From Verrucomicrobiia bacterium (lineage in GTDB: Bacteria; Verrucomicrobiota; Verrucomicrobiia; Limisphaerales; UBA11358): a DNA stretch of 64,000 bases. Position 1 is the stretch's first letter. Each line of letters opens with the position of its first letter. Made by a program: the position numbers and the translations under genes. Positions 28,778 through 39,700 of the stretch are shown here, one piece after another. The DNA lies in contig DASYEY010000256.1 of NCBI GenBank assembly GCA_036498725.1, positions 5,611 through 69,610 of the forward strand, given 5' to 3'. Below the pieces are notes generated by a model. That model searched no databases and had not been told where the DNA came from. It saw nothing but the letters and a program-made list of their open reading frames with translations.

Positions 28778-31700
28778 ATGAATCCGATAACCTACGCCAA
28801 AAAATTCAAGCCGATGAATTGGCTTCGTCGCCGCTCGTTGCCGGGTGACCGCGATCGCTCCACGCAAACTTCACCATTTGCGTCCAACCACATCAAGCTG
28901 GCTAGTTTGGCGGCAGTTGCTTTAACCGGCGGCGTATTACTGACGCCAGCGCCAACGCACGCCGCGTTGATGGCTTATGAAGGATTTAACTATGGCACGG
29001 GGAGCGCCAATCTGACCGGCTTGAGCGGCGGCTTCGGCTGGAGCGGTGGCTGGCAGACCGTGAACAACAGTTCGTCCAGCGTAATCGCGGGCAATTTGAC
29101 GGCGGGCGCCAATGCGCCAACGGGTTATGATTCGCTTTCGACTGGCAATGCCGCGTTAACTTCAAATGGCACCCGCACCGGTCGCTGGTTGGATACTTCT
29201 GCGGGAGGCATGTTTGGGGCCCACGGATATATCAATACCAACGGCGATATCGGCGCTGATGGCAAAACGGTTTATATCAGTTTCATGCAGCAGCCCAATG
29301 CCACTTCGGTCTATTACGAGTTTGAATTGCATCGCAACAACTTGAGCGATCCGGGCCGCGAGGCCGGTGTAGGCAATGACGCGGGTGATAATAACGTGCA
29401 CTTCCGCATTGAAAATCCGGCTGGCGGCGGTTCGACATTTTCCGATTTGGGAGCGGGCAATACCGGCGTCAATTTTTATGTGGTGCGCATCGATTTCCAA
29501 AGCGGCAATAGCACCGTGACGGTCTATCGCAATCCGACTTCCGCGACTGAGCCAGCCATGCCGACGCAACAAGTAACGGCGATCACAGCTGACTTGTCCT
29601 TCGACGGCATTTCATTGGGTGCCTTTGTCGGCAGTCAGACTGTGATGCACGATGAAATCCGCGTGGGTGAAACCTGGGCAGACGTAGTCAGTCCCGGCGC
29701 CAGCAGCACCGGGCTGTGGGACGGTGGCGGGGCCAATGCCAACTGGAGCACGGCCGGCAACTGGGACAATAACGCCGTACCCGTGTTCGCGACCAGTTTG
29801 ACCTTTGCCGGCAACGCCGGTTTGAATAATAACAATGATTTGACGGGCGTATCCGCCAATAATATCACGTTTGATTCCGCTGCGGGTGCGTTCACGCTGG
29901 CGGGTAACAGCCTTGGTTTGAATGGCAATATCGGTTTCAACGCCAACCCGGCTTCGCCCATCACGCAAACCATCAATCTTGCATTGACGCCCAACGCTGA
30001 TTTTACCATCGGTACCCGCACGAATGGAAATATCACCATCAACGGCAACCTCACTGGTGTTGATCAATTGACACAAACGGGCCCGGATAATGCCGGTATT
30101 TTGACTTTGGGCGGTAATAATTCTTTGAAGGGATTGGTGGTCAATAACGGAACCAATATCATCACCGGCAATACGGTGATCAATGGGATCGGCGGCAGTT
30201 CATTTTTCTATGTGCCCGACACCGGCACCAGCCGTAATGGGACTTTGATCATTCAAAATGGTGCCACCTTGACGATCACCAACGGTTTTCAAGATGCCGG
30301 TGTGATTGCACGCGATGGCGCCAATGGAAGAATCATCCAGAATGGCGGCACGTTTAATTTCGCGATCAATGATGGTTCGCACAATATCCTGTTCGTCGGC
30401 GCCTCGGGACAGCCGAATGCCCATGCTGAATATGACATGAACGGCGGTTTGCTGGACATGCATGGCGATACCTTGGGGATCGCCCTCGGGGTCAATGCCG
30501 GGAACATCATGGGGGTGGTAAACCAGACCGGTGGCGTCATCACCAATGTGTTAAATCTTTATTTCAGCCCGTTTTTTTCCACGGGTAACGGAATTTACAA
30601 CCTCACCGGTGGCAGCATTTATATCGGTTCAGGTGGTATCACCAATTTTCCGGGCGGTGCTTACCAAATGAACCTTGGCGGCGGCACGGTCGGCGCTTAT
30701 GCCAATTGGTTATCCGTATTAAACCTGACCCTGACGGGCACCAATGGTCCGGTCACGTTCAGTCCAAATGGCAACACGATTGCACTGTCTGGCATTCTGT
30801 CGGGTTCGGGTGGCTTGACAGTGTCTGGCAGCGGTATTCTGGAATTGTCCGGGGCCAACACATACACGGGCGACACGACGGTCAATGCCGGCAGCATCTT
30901 GCAACTGGATGCGACCGGGAGCAGTGCGGGTGCGTTTCGTGTGGCCAACAATGGCCTCTTGAATCTGAACTTCAGTGGTAATTATGCCGTCGGTAGTTTC
31001 TACACCAACGGCGTGGCGTTGCCCGTTGGAACGTATAATGCCGGTAATCTGTCCAGCTTCATTGCCGGCCCGGGCAATTTGCAGGTCACCAGCGGCATCA
31101 GCGTCGGTCAATGGACCGGCCTGGGCGCAGACAATAATTGGAGCACCGGCGGAAATTGGGATAACAATTCCGTGCCGATTTTCCCGCACGCCGTGACTTT
31201 TGCCGGCAGCACGCAGTTGAACAACAACAACGATTTGAGCGGCATCACGGTCGGCAGTTTCACGTTTGATTCGGCTGCCGGGGCCTTCACGATTGGCGGC
31301 AATGATATCGGCTTGAGTGGTGGCATCAGTTTCAATGGCAATCCCTCCGCGCCGATCACGCAGACGATCAATCTCAACATGGCTTGGAATGCGGACAAGA
31401 CCATTGATACACCGACGAACGGAAATCTTGTCCTCGGCGGCAATATCACGACGTCGGGAAATATCCTGACCAAGCTCGACGGCGGTATTTTGACGTTGGG
31501 CGGGGTGGATTCGTTCGGGGGTTACATCCTTAACGGCGGGGCGAATATCATCACGGGCAACGTGACCGTCAATGGCACCGGCGGGGGTGATTTCTTCTAT
31601 TTGGGCGCAAATGCCGGATACAACGGCACTTTGGTCATCCAGCCGGGGGCGGCGTTGACGGTTTCCGGCACTTTTGGTGATGCGCTGGTGATTGGACGTA

Positions 31701-33670
31701 ATGGCGGCAGTGGCAAGATAGTCCAGAACGGCGGTATCTTCACTTATAATTGTAACCAACAATATTTGTTCGTCGGCGCCACCAGCCAGTCTGGTACGCA
31801 GGCCGAATATGACATGAACGGCGGGGTGTTCGATATGAGTGGCTTCACCTTGGGCATCGCCTTGGGTGATAACGGCGCAGTTTATCCGGCCTCGTTGAAC
31901 CAGACCGGCGGCTCCATTAACAATGTGTTTAAGCTGGATCTCGGCTCCGTCCGGTTTTATGGCCATGGAATCTATAACCTCAGCGGTGGCATCATCAACA
32001 TTGACTTCGGCGGTATTGTTTCCAGCAGCGGCAGCTATGAAGTCAATCTGGGCGGCGGGACGATTTCAGCCATCTCTCCTTGGGTATCATCCTTGAACAT
32101 GAACCTGACGAACTTCAACGGCTCGACCACCTTTAGTCCAAATGGCAATACCATCACGCTCTCGGGCGCATTATCCGGCATCGGTGGCTTGATCGCGGAT
32201 GGCGGCGGCATATTGGAACTGGCTGGCACGAACACTTACACCGGTGATAGCGTCATCACGAATGGTACCGTCTTGCAATTGGATGTAGCCGGTACTTCTC
32301 CCGGTGCGTTCCGGATTGTTGACGGTGCGTTTCTGAACTTGAACTTCGGCGGCACGTTAATCGTTCCTGCTCTTTACACCAACGGTGTCGCGTTGCCGAA
32401 CGGAATTTATAATTCCTCGAACCTGGGCAGTTTCCTCCAGGGTTCCGGTAATGTACAAGTGGCCGGATTGGCGTTCTCCAGCCAGCCGCAAAGTCAGTTG
32501 GTCTATTTGAACAAAGGTCAAACGGCGACCTTCTCCAGCAGCGTGGTGGGCGGCGCGGCCACTTACCAATGGTATCTGAATGGCAATGCAATTTCGGGTG
32601 CTACAAATAGCAGTGCGACGTTGTCCAACCTGCAGATCACGAATGGCGGCAACATTTACGTGGTGGCCACCGGCGCGTCCGGTTCCGTCACCAGCAGCGT
32701 GGTGGCGCTCACCGTTTATGCGGTGAACAACAACCTGTTTGCCTATGACGGTTATGATTACGCTGCCGGTTCAGTGGATGGCGTCAGTCAAGCCGGCGGT
32801 TTCGGTTGGAATGGTCCATGGCAACAAGTGGATGGCACAGGTGTCATCATCACGTCGGGCAGCTTGGTGGGTGGCGCAAATGTTCCGGCTGGATACGATG
32901 CCCGTTCCGTTGGCAACTTGATCGAAGTTCCATCCAATGCGCAAACCCGTTCTGGTCGTAGTTTTGACATGTCCAGCACTTCGGAATTATTTAAACAAGG
33001 CTTCGTGGATGCCAATGGCAATATCGGTGCGAACGGCAAGACGGTTTATCTCTCGTTCTTGCAACAGCCGGATCGCACATCGGGATTCTATGAATTGGAA
33101 TTCCATCGCGGCAGCTTGAGCGACCCGGGTCGTATCGGCGGTATCGGTAATGACACGGGTACGGGTAATGTCAATCTGCGCGCGCCCAACAGTGTCAATA
33201 ACCGCTCCCTCGGCGCCGGCACTACGGGTGTCAATCTCTACGTTGTGCGCATTGACTTCAAGGCCGGCAACGACGACGTGTTTGTCTATCGCAATCCAAC
33301 CTCATTGACCGAACCGGCGACGCCGACGTTGACCGTATCCAATGTATCGGATATGTCGTTCAGCGGGGTTTCCGTGGCGGCTTACAACGGGCCGGATGTG
33401 AAGACGGATGAGGTGCGTTTGGGCGCAACGTATGCGGATGCCCTGGGTCTGGCGGTGTCCAATCTGTTGCCGCTGACGAAAACGGCCAATGGTTACAAGG
33501 TACAGTTTGCCTGTACGCCGAATTATTCCTACCGCGTGCAACGCGCCACCGACTTGACCGGTCCGTGGACGGACCTCACCACCAACACGGCGCCGGAAAA
33601 TGGCTACGTGGAGTTCGAAGACACCAATGCGCCGACGGGCCGGGCGTTCTATCGGACCGTGACGCCGTGA
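28778..33670 (+). CDS. Giant secreted/surface protein (1630 aa) with autotransporter-associated beta-strand repeats
   Basis: Module order is a signal-like N-terminus, a roughly 240-aa FNY/GGFGW module and two roughly 460-aa blocks. The blocks carry NWSTAGNWDNN...FDSAAGAFT...LTLGG...LELSGANTYTGDT repeats. An Ig-like domain (YQWYLNG) follows, then a second FNY/GGFGW module and a C-terminal beta-sandwich ending FYRTVTP. Confidence 0.85.
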   Translation: MNPITYAKKFKPMNWLRRRSLPGDRDRSTQTSPFASNHIKLASLAAVALTGGVLLTPAPTHAALMAYEGFNYGTGSANLTGLSGGFGWSGGWQTVNNSSSSVIAGNLTAGANAPTGYDSLSTGNAALTSNGTRTGRWLDTSAGGMFGAHGYINTNGDIGADGKTVYISFMQQPNATSVYYEFELHRNNLSDPGREAGVGNDAGDNNVHFRIENPAGGGSTFSDLGAGNTGVNFYVVRIDFQSGNSTVTVYRNPTSATEPAMPTQQVTAITADLSFDGISLGAFVGSQTVMHDEIRVGETWADVVSPGASSTGLWDGGGANANWSTAGNWDNNAVPVFATSLTFAGNAGLNNNNDLTGVSANNITFDSAAGAFTLAGNSLGLNGNIGFNANPASPITQTINLALTPNADFTIGTRTNGNITINGNLTGVDQLTQTGPDNAGILTLGGNNSLKGLVVNNGTNIITGNTVINGIGGSSFFYVPDTGTSRNGTLIIQNGATLTITNGFQDAGVIARDGANGRIIQNGGTFNFAINDGSHNILFVGASGQPNAHAEYDMNGGLLDMHGDTLGIALGVNAGNIMGVVNQTGGVITNVLNLYFSPFFSTGNGIYNLTGGSIYIGSGGITNFPGGAYQMNLGGGTVGAYANWLSVLNLTLTGTNGPVTFSPNGNTIALSGILSGSGGLTVSGSGILELSGANTYTGDTTVNAGSILQLDATGSSAGAFRVANNGLLNLNFSGNYAVGSFYTNGVALPVGTYNAGNLSSFIAGPGNLQVTSGISVGQWTGLGADNNWSTGGNWDNNSVPIFPHAVTFAGSTQLNNNNDLSGITVGSFTFDSAAGAFTIGGNDIGLSGGISFNGNPSAPITQTINLNMAWNADKTIDTPTNGNLVLGGNITTSGNILTKLDGGILTLGGVDSFGGYILNGGANIITGNVTVNGTGGGDFFYLGANAGYNGTLVIQPGAALTVSGTFGDALVIGRNGGSGKIVQNGGIFTYNCNQQYLFVGATSQSGTQAEYDMNGGVFDMSGFTLGIALGDNGAVYPASLNQTGGSINNVFKLDLGSVRFYGHGIYNLSGGIINIDFGGIVSSSGSYEVNLGGGTISAISPWVSSLNMNLTNFNGSTTFSPNGNTITLSGALSGIGGLIADGGGILELAGTNTYTGDSVITNGTVLQLDVAGTSPGAFRIVDGAFLNLNFGGTLIVPALYTNGVALPNGIYNSSNLGSFLQGSGNVQVAGLAFSSQPQSQLVYLNKGQTATFSSSVVGGAATYQWYLNGNAISGATNSSATLSNLQITNGGNIYVVATGASGSVTSSVVALTVYAVNNNLFAYDGYDYAAGSVDGVSQAGGFGWNGPWQQVDGTGVIITSGSLVGGANVPAGYDARSVGNLIEVPSNAQTRSGRSFDMSSTSELFKQGFVDANGNIGANGKTVYLSFLQQPDRTSGFYELEFHRGSLSDPGRIGGIGNDTGTGNVNLRAPNSVNNRSLGAGTTGVNLYVVRIDFKAGNDDVFVYRNPTSLTEPATPTLTVSNVSDMSFSGVSVAAYNGPDVKTDEVRLGATYADALGLAVSNLLPLTKTANGYKVQFACTPNYSYRVQRATDLTGPWTDLTTNTAPENGYVEFEDTNAPTGRAFYRTVTP
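29711..32460 (+). repeat. Internal tandem duplication (2 x about 1.38 kb) inside the 1630-aa gene
   Basis: Block 1 (about 29711-31100) and block 2 (about 31103-32460) are collinear at protein level. Both run from G.W.G.GA..NWST.GNWDNN.VP through to YTNGVALP.G.YN..NL.SF..G.GN.QV. Confidence 0.7.
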
Positions 33671-33769
33671 TCAAGTGGCGACTGATCTAAGGGGTGAGTG
33701 GAACATCAAGGTTGCCGGGGCAATTACTCCGGCAACCTTTTTAATCGGTGGCTGTATATTTATTTCTCG

Positions 33770-36700
33770 ATGTCGTTGAAAAGAGTGCGAACAAAGTTTT
33801 GGTCAGGATTGTGGCTGGCGGTGTGGTTGCAGTTGGGCTTCGGCGCACAGTTTATTTCCGCCGCCAACGTGATGAACTACGGCGCCGATGGGAATGATTA
33901 TTTTCAATTCACCACGCCATCCCTGGCCTTTGACAAGGCTTCCGGCTTCACGACGCTGATCACGTTCGCGATGCATGTGGACGCTGATGGCACGCTGGAG
34001 ATCGGCGGCGGCCCGGTGTGTTCCAATGGCGTTTATGTTGGTCCCGGCAACTGGTCAAACCTGGTCAATACATTGAAAGCAGCTCCCACCACGGTGACGC
34101 GTTATGAAGTGTGCGTCGGCGGCTGGTTGGACACGAGTTACGACAACATCAAAAGCCTGATCGCGTCGCAAGGAACGGGGACGGGCAGCATGCTTTATCG
34201 CAATTTTCTGGCGTTAAAAAACGCTGTGCCAGGAATTGATGCGATTAATGATGATGACGAAAAAACCTACGATGTGAATTCAACGGTAGGTTTCGCTAAT
34301 TTGCTCGGGGGACTGGGTTATAAATTCACCACGGCTCCATACACCGCCCAAAATTTTTGGGTGAATGTGAACAACAGCGTCACCAACTGTGACGCCATCT
34401 ATTTGCAATGTTATTCCGGCGGCGCGGGCAATGATCCGGCGCAGTGGAACACCGCGTTTGGCCATGGCGTCAAAGTGATTCCCGGCCAGGAAAGTAACAC
34501 GGCAAACCCGGCGGCATTTCGCAGTTGGTATCTCGCGACGGGCGCTGCAGGCGGTTTTTATTATCCTGACATCTTGTTCGCTTCAACGTATTGGAGCGCG
34601 GCGATCATCCAGGCGGCTGGGACTGTCCCCACTGTCCCAACAGGATTGAATATTATTTCGGGCGGCAGCCGGGTGAAATTGTCCTGGGACGTAGTTCCGG
34701 GAGCCATCGCTTACAACGTAAAACGTTCCGCTGGCAGTGGTGGTGAAGTTACGATTGGCACAATTTCCACAGCAAACACTGCGTGGCCGGCGTCCAATCA
34801 ATTTTTTGATGCGTTACCCGCGGCGGGTGTAATCAACTATTACAAAGTTTCGGCGATCAACACGAACGGTGAGAGTGTAAATTCAGCGGAGGTTAGCGTA
34901 ACGCCGCCAACCGTGGCTGCGTGGTTCAAAGCCGATGCGATCAGTTCAGCCAATGGCGGAGGAGTGGCGATTTGGCCGGACTCCAGCGGTCGCGGTTTTT
35001 CTGCCATCCAAACCACGGTGGGTCAGCGGCCTACGTATATGACAAGCGCCTTGAATGGTCTGCCCGTCGTTCATTTCAATGGTGCCAATAATCAGATCCT
35101 CGCCTTGAATCGTCCAATACAGGATGATTTCACCATTTTCTGTGTCTTTCGCAGTTCCCAAGGTTTGAGTTCTGGCACTCAATTTTCTGAAAGCGCCGGC
35201 TTGGTCAGCGCCAATGCCGCAGGCGTGGCGAATGATTTTGGCGCGGGTTTATTTGCCGGCGGACAGATCTGCGCCGGTGCAGGGAACCCTGATGCATCGA
35301 TTAGCTCCGCGATGGGATTCAATGATGGCCAATCGCACGTGCTGACGTTCAAACGTACCAAAAGTTCGGGTGAATTGGATTTATACGTGGACGGAAATTT
35401 CGTCGGCAGGACGACGGGTAACACCGCTTCGCTTAATGCCTCCGCCAAACTGGTATTGGGCGCGCAGCAAACTTTGGAAAACTATTTTTCCGGCGACCTC
35501 GCTGAAGTGAAAATGTACAGCGCCGCCCTGTCGGATGCCGACCAGCAAACACAGGAAACCAGTTTGGCTCAAAAGTGGGGCGTGGCCAGTGCCGCTGCCG
35601 GTCTGCTCGCTTATGATGGTTTTAATTATCCAGCGGGCAATATCTTGAGCGGACAATTTGGTGGCATCGGTTGGAGCAATGGTTGGGTGGATGTCAGCGG
35701 CAATGCGAGCGAAACAATTATTCCTGGATTATTAACCGGCGAAAACGCGCTATCTGGTTTTGATAATCGTTCCCTAGGCAATGCGGCGCATGTGGGCAAC
35801 AACAGCCGTAGCGGTCGTTGGTTGGATTGTTCGACGAATGGAAACTTTGCCCTCGCCGGTTATGTGAATGCCAGTGGCAATATCGGCGCGTCCGGCAAAA
35901 TCCTGTATCTGAGTTTCCTGCAACAGGCGTCCAGCCCGGCGCAGTTTTACGAATTTGAACTGCATCGCGGTGATTTGGGTGATCCGGGCCGGATTGCGGG
36001 TGTCGGCAATGATTCGGCGAATGCGACCACGGTCAATCTACGAGTGCCGGGCGCAGCGCAAACCCCTTTCGCCGCGGGTAACACGAACGTTAATTTTTAC
36101 GTGGTGCGAATTGATTATCATGGCGGCAACGATGATGTGTATATCTATCGCAATCCGACCGGCGCCAGCGAAGCGGACAACGCTGCCGCCTTGACCATGT
36201 TAGGTGCGGGAGACATGTCCTTCAATGGCCTTTCCTTTGGCGCTTACCTCAACGATGTGACCGTAAGCGATGATGAAATTCGCCTGGGCCAAACGTGGGC
36301 CAGTGTGTTGGGCAATCCACCGGTATTCGTGGTGCAACCGATGAGTCAAACGGTATACGCCGGACAGAACGCACAATTTACTGCGCTGGCACAATCCAGT
36401 CAGCCGCTGAATTATCAGTGGTATCGCATCATTGCTGGCATCACCAATGCGTTGACGGGGCAGACCAATGCGAATTTGATTTTCACTGGCGGGCCGGGCG
36501 ATGCCGGAACGTACTTTGTACTGGCGACCAATGCGTTGGGCATGGCGACCAGTGCGCAAGCGACCTTGTCAGCGCAAATCATTTCAGTGGCGTTGACCAG
36601 TTCCTCCAGTATTCCGATTGGCCCCGGCAGTAATGTGGTCCTTAACGCCGCTGTGGACGGAGTGCAGCCGTTGACGTTGCAATGGTATAAGGACGGTGCG

Positions 36701-39700
36701 GCGATTGCGGACGCAACGAATGCTGCGTTCGCAATGGGTGCGGACGGTTTTTTTGACGCTGGCCAGTATGTTTTAACGGCAAATAATACCTATGGCAGTG
36801 CCACGAGTTCCATCGTGAACGTATTTCCCAACTGGGGCGGTTTGCTGGTATATGAAGGTTTTAATTACGGTCAATCCAACAGCGACATCGGCGGCGCGAG
36901 CGGTGGTTTTGGTTGGGCGGGTGCCTGGGTCAATGTGGCGGGCGGTTCCTCACAAACTTACTCCAATAATTTGTCCGCCGGAGCCAATGCGCCGGCCGGA
37001 TACGATGCCCGTTCGTTAAATGGGTATTTATCCGTTGCCAACGCGTCGCGCAAAGGTCGTTATCTGGATTGTTCGGTTGCGGGAGCGCTTGCCCAACATG
37101 GCTACGTTGATGGCAACGGCAATCTGGGTGCAAATGGCACGACGATTTATCTCAGCTTTCTTCAGCAACCCAACGCGTTGGCACAATTTTATGAATTTGA
37201 GTTGAAGCGGGGTGACTTGGGCGACGGCGGGCGTCTGGCGGGCATCGGCAATGACACGACCGATGATCATGTGCACCTGCGGATTGAGAGCCCCGCCGGT
37301 GGCTCCTCGACATTTTACGATCTTGGGTTGGGCACCACGAACGTCAATTTTTACGTTTTACGGATGGATTACCGCACCGGTAACGACACCGTGACCGTGT
37401 ATCGTAACCCGTCGTCAGCGACCGAGCCAACCGTGCCGACATTGACTGTATCAAACATCGCCGACATGTCGTTCGATGGCGTTTCACTGGCAGCGTATCT
37501 CAATAATCTTACGGTTGCGCATGATGAAGTACGCCTTGGCATGGCGTGGTCCGATGTGGTCGGTAACACCGTATCGGAATTGCAACTGACGCAACGGACC
37601 AACCAGGTATCGAGCCTGCTGCTGGCAGGTTCGCCCAATTATAATTACCAAGTGCAGGCCGCCACCAACCTGTTTGGGCCATGGACAAATCTTGGCACCG
37701 TGACCACGCCAATTTTGGGCGTCAGCCTATTTGTCGAAACCAACGTCAACAGTTCGCAACGGTTTTATCGTGCGCTGAATGGCACGGTCACTCTGGCGTC
37801 GTCGTCAACGGATACAGTCATCACTGATTTTGAGCAGCCGACCTACGGGACTTGGGTGACCACGGGCACAGCCTTTGGTTCCGGGCCGGCTCAGGGAACC
37901 CTGCCGAACCAGCAAACGGTCGGCGGTTATCAAGGTTCAGGTTTGGTGGATTCTTTTCATGGTGGCGACCCGGCCACCGGCACGTTGACTTCGCCACCGT
38001 TGGTCATCACCAAGCCGTACCTTGATTTTCTCATCGGCGGCGGAAATCTTCCAGGCCAGGAATGTTTGAACCTGATCGTGAGCAACGTGATCGTCAAAAC
38101 TGCCACCGGCGCGAACAGCGAAACATTGACGGCGCAACAGTGGGATGTCAGTGCCTATCTCGGCCAAACGGCAACGTTGCAGATCGTGGACACGGCCACC
38201 GGTGGCTGGGGTCATATCAATGTGGACCAGATCGTTTTGTCCGATACGGTTTTCCCGTCGTTGTCACGGACGCTGTGGCTCACCAATGGTCTCTTGAACC
38301 TGCCGGTAAAAAATGGCGCCACCATGAAGCGCGTCACTGTCGTGGTCGGTGGTAATCCGGTGCGGGATTTTAATATTGAACTGGCTGATGGTGTAGCTGA
38401 CTGGTGGGCGTTCGTGGATGTATCAGCATTTTCCAATCAGACGGCCACCGTGTCCGTGAGCAGCCTTGCGCCTGGCAGCACCGGTTTAAGCTCCATCGTA
38501 CAAACCAATGGCATCGTGGGGGCCACGAACCTGTATCAGGAAGCATTGCGACCACAAATCCATTTCGCAACCAAGCGCGGCTGGCTTAACGACGCGAACG
38601 GCATGTTTTATTATCACGGGCAATACCATCTGTATTATCAGCATGACCCGTTCAACTGGGATGGCTCGGGACAAAAATGGTGGGGACATGCAGTCAGTAC
38701 CGACATGCTGAATTGGCAGGAACTGCCGGAGGGGATTTATTCGCATACCTATGGCGATGATGTCTGGTCGGGCAGCGCGGTGGTGGATGCCAGCAACACC
38801 GGTGGTTTCAAGACCGGCACCAATGATGTGATCGTGGCGGCCTTTTACAGCACGGCTCGTGGTGAGTGTATCGCCTACAGTAATGATGGCGGTGTGACCT
38901 TTACCGACTACATCAATAATCCCGTGGTGGTTCATACCGGCACGGGGCGTGATCCACATATATTTTGGTATGCGCCTTTAAATTACTGGGTAATGGCTGT
39001 TTACGATGATGCTGGCGGCAATGGCGTGCAGTTTTATTCCACGCCCGATTTCCGCCATTGGACGTTCCGGAGCAAGATTTACAATGGATTCTTCGAATGT
39101 CCGGACATATTCCCGCTGCCCGTGGATGGCGATACTAACAACGTGATGTGGGAATTGAACGACGCCAGCAGTGGGTATCAACTGGGACAATTTGACGGGG
39201 CAACGTTCACGCCAAGCACGGCAAAGCTGCCGGGGAACAGCGGGGCAGATTATTACGCGTCGCAGACGTTTACAGGCATGGCCCCGGGGGATAATCGCAA
39301 AGTGCGGATCTGTTGGGCACAGATTTCGACCCCGGGCATGCCGTTCAATCAGTTGATGTATTTCCCGACCGCGTTGGGTTTGACGACGACGGCGAATGGC
39401 GTACGCCTTTGTTCCACGCCGATCACAGAGATCACCAACAACGCGATCAACATTTATTCCTGGACCAACCTGACGTTAAGTCCAGGGAACAATCCGCTTT
39501 CAGGTATCCGTGGGAAAGCCTTTGATGTGAAGGCACAGTTCGCTGCCGGCTCGGCATCGGCGGTCACGTTCACCTTCCAAGGTGTGGTGGTGACTTACAA
39601 CGCGGCCAATCAGCAGATTAATTGCAATGGCGACACCCAATCGCTCCCATTCATCGGTGGGAAGGTTCAGCTCGAGATCGTGGTGGATCGTGACACGATT

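Noticed and set aside
30719-31966. 415-aa minus-strand ORF inside the 1630-aa giant gene. The smaller antisense ORFs at 29162-30076 and 31108-31473 are similar.
   Set aside because: These are antisense shadows of Gly/Asn/Thr-rich repeat codons. The translated sequence is Arg/Ala/Ile/Asp-rich with no domain signature, whereas the plus-strand frame has clear repeat and domain structure.
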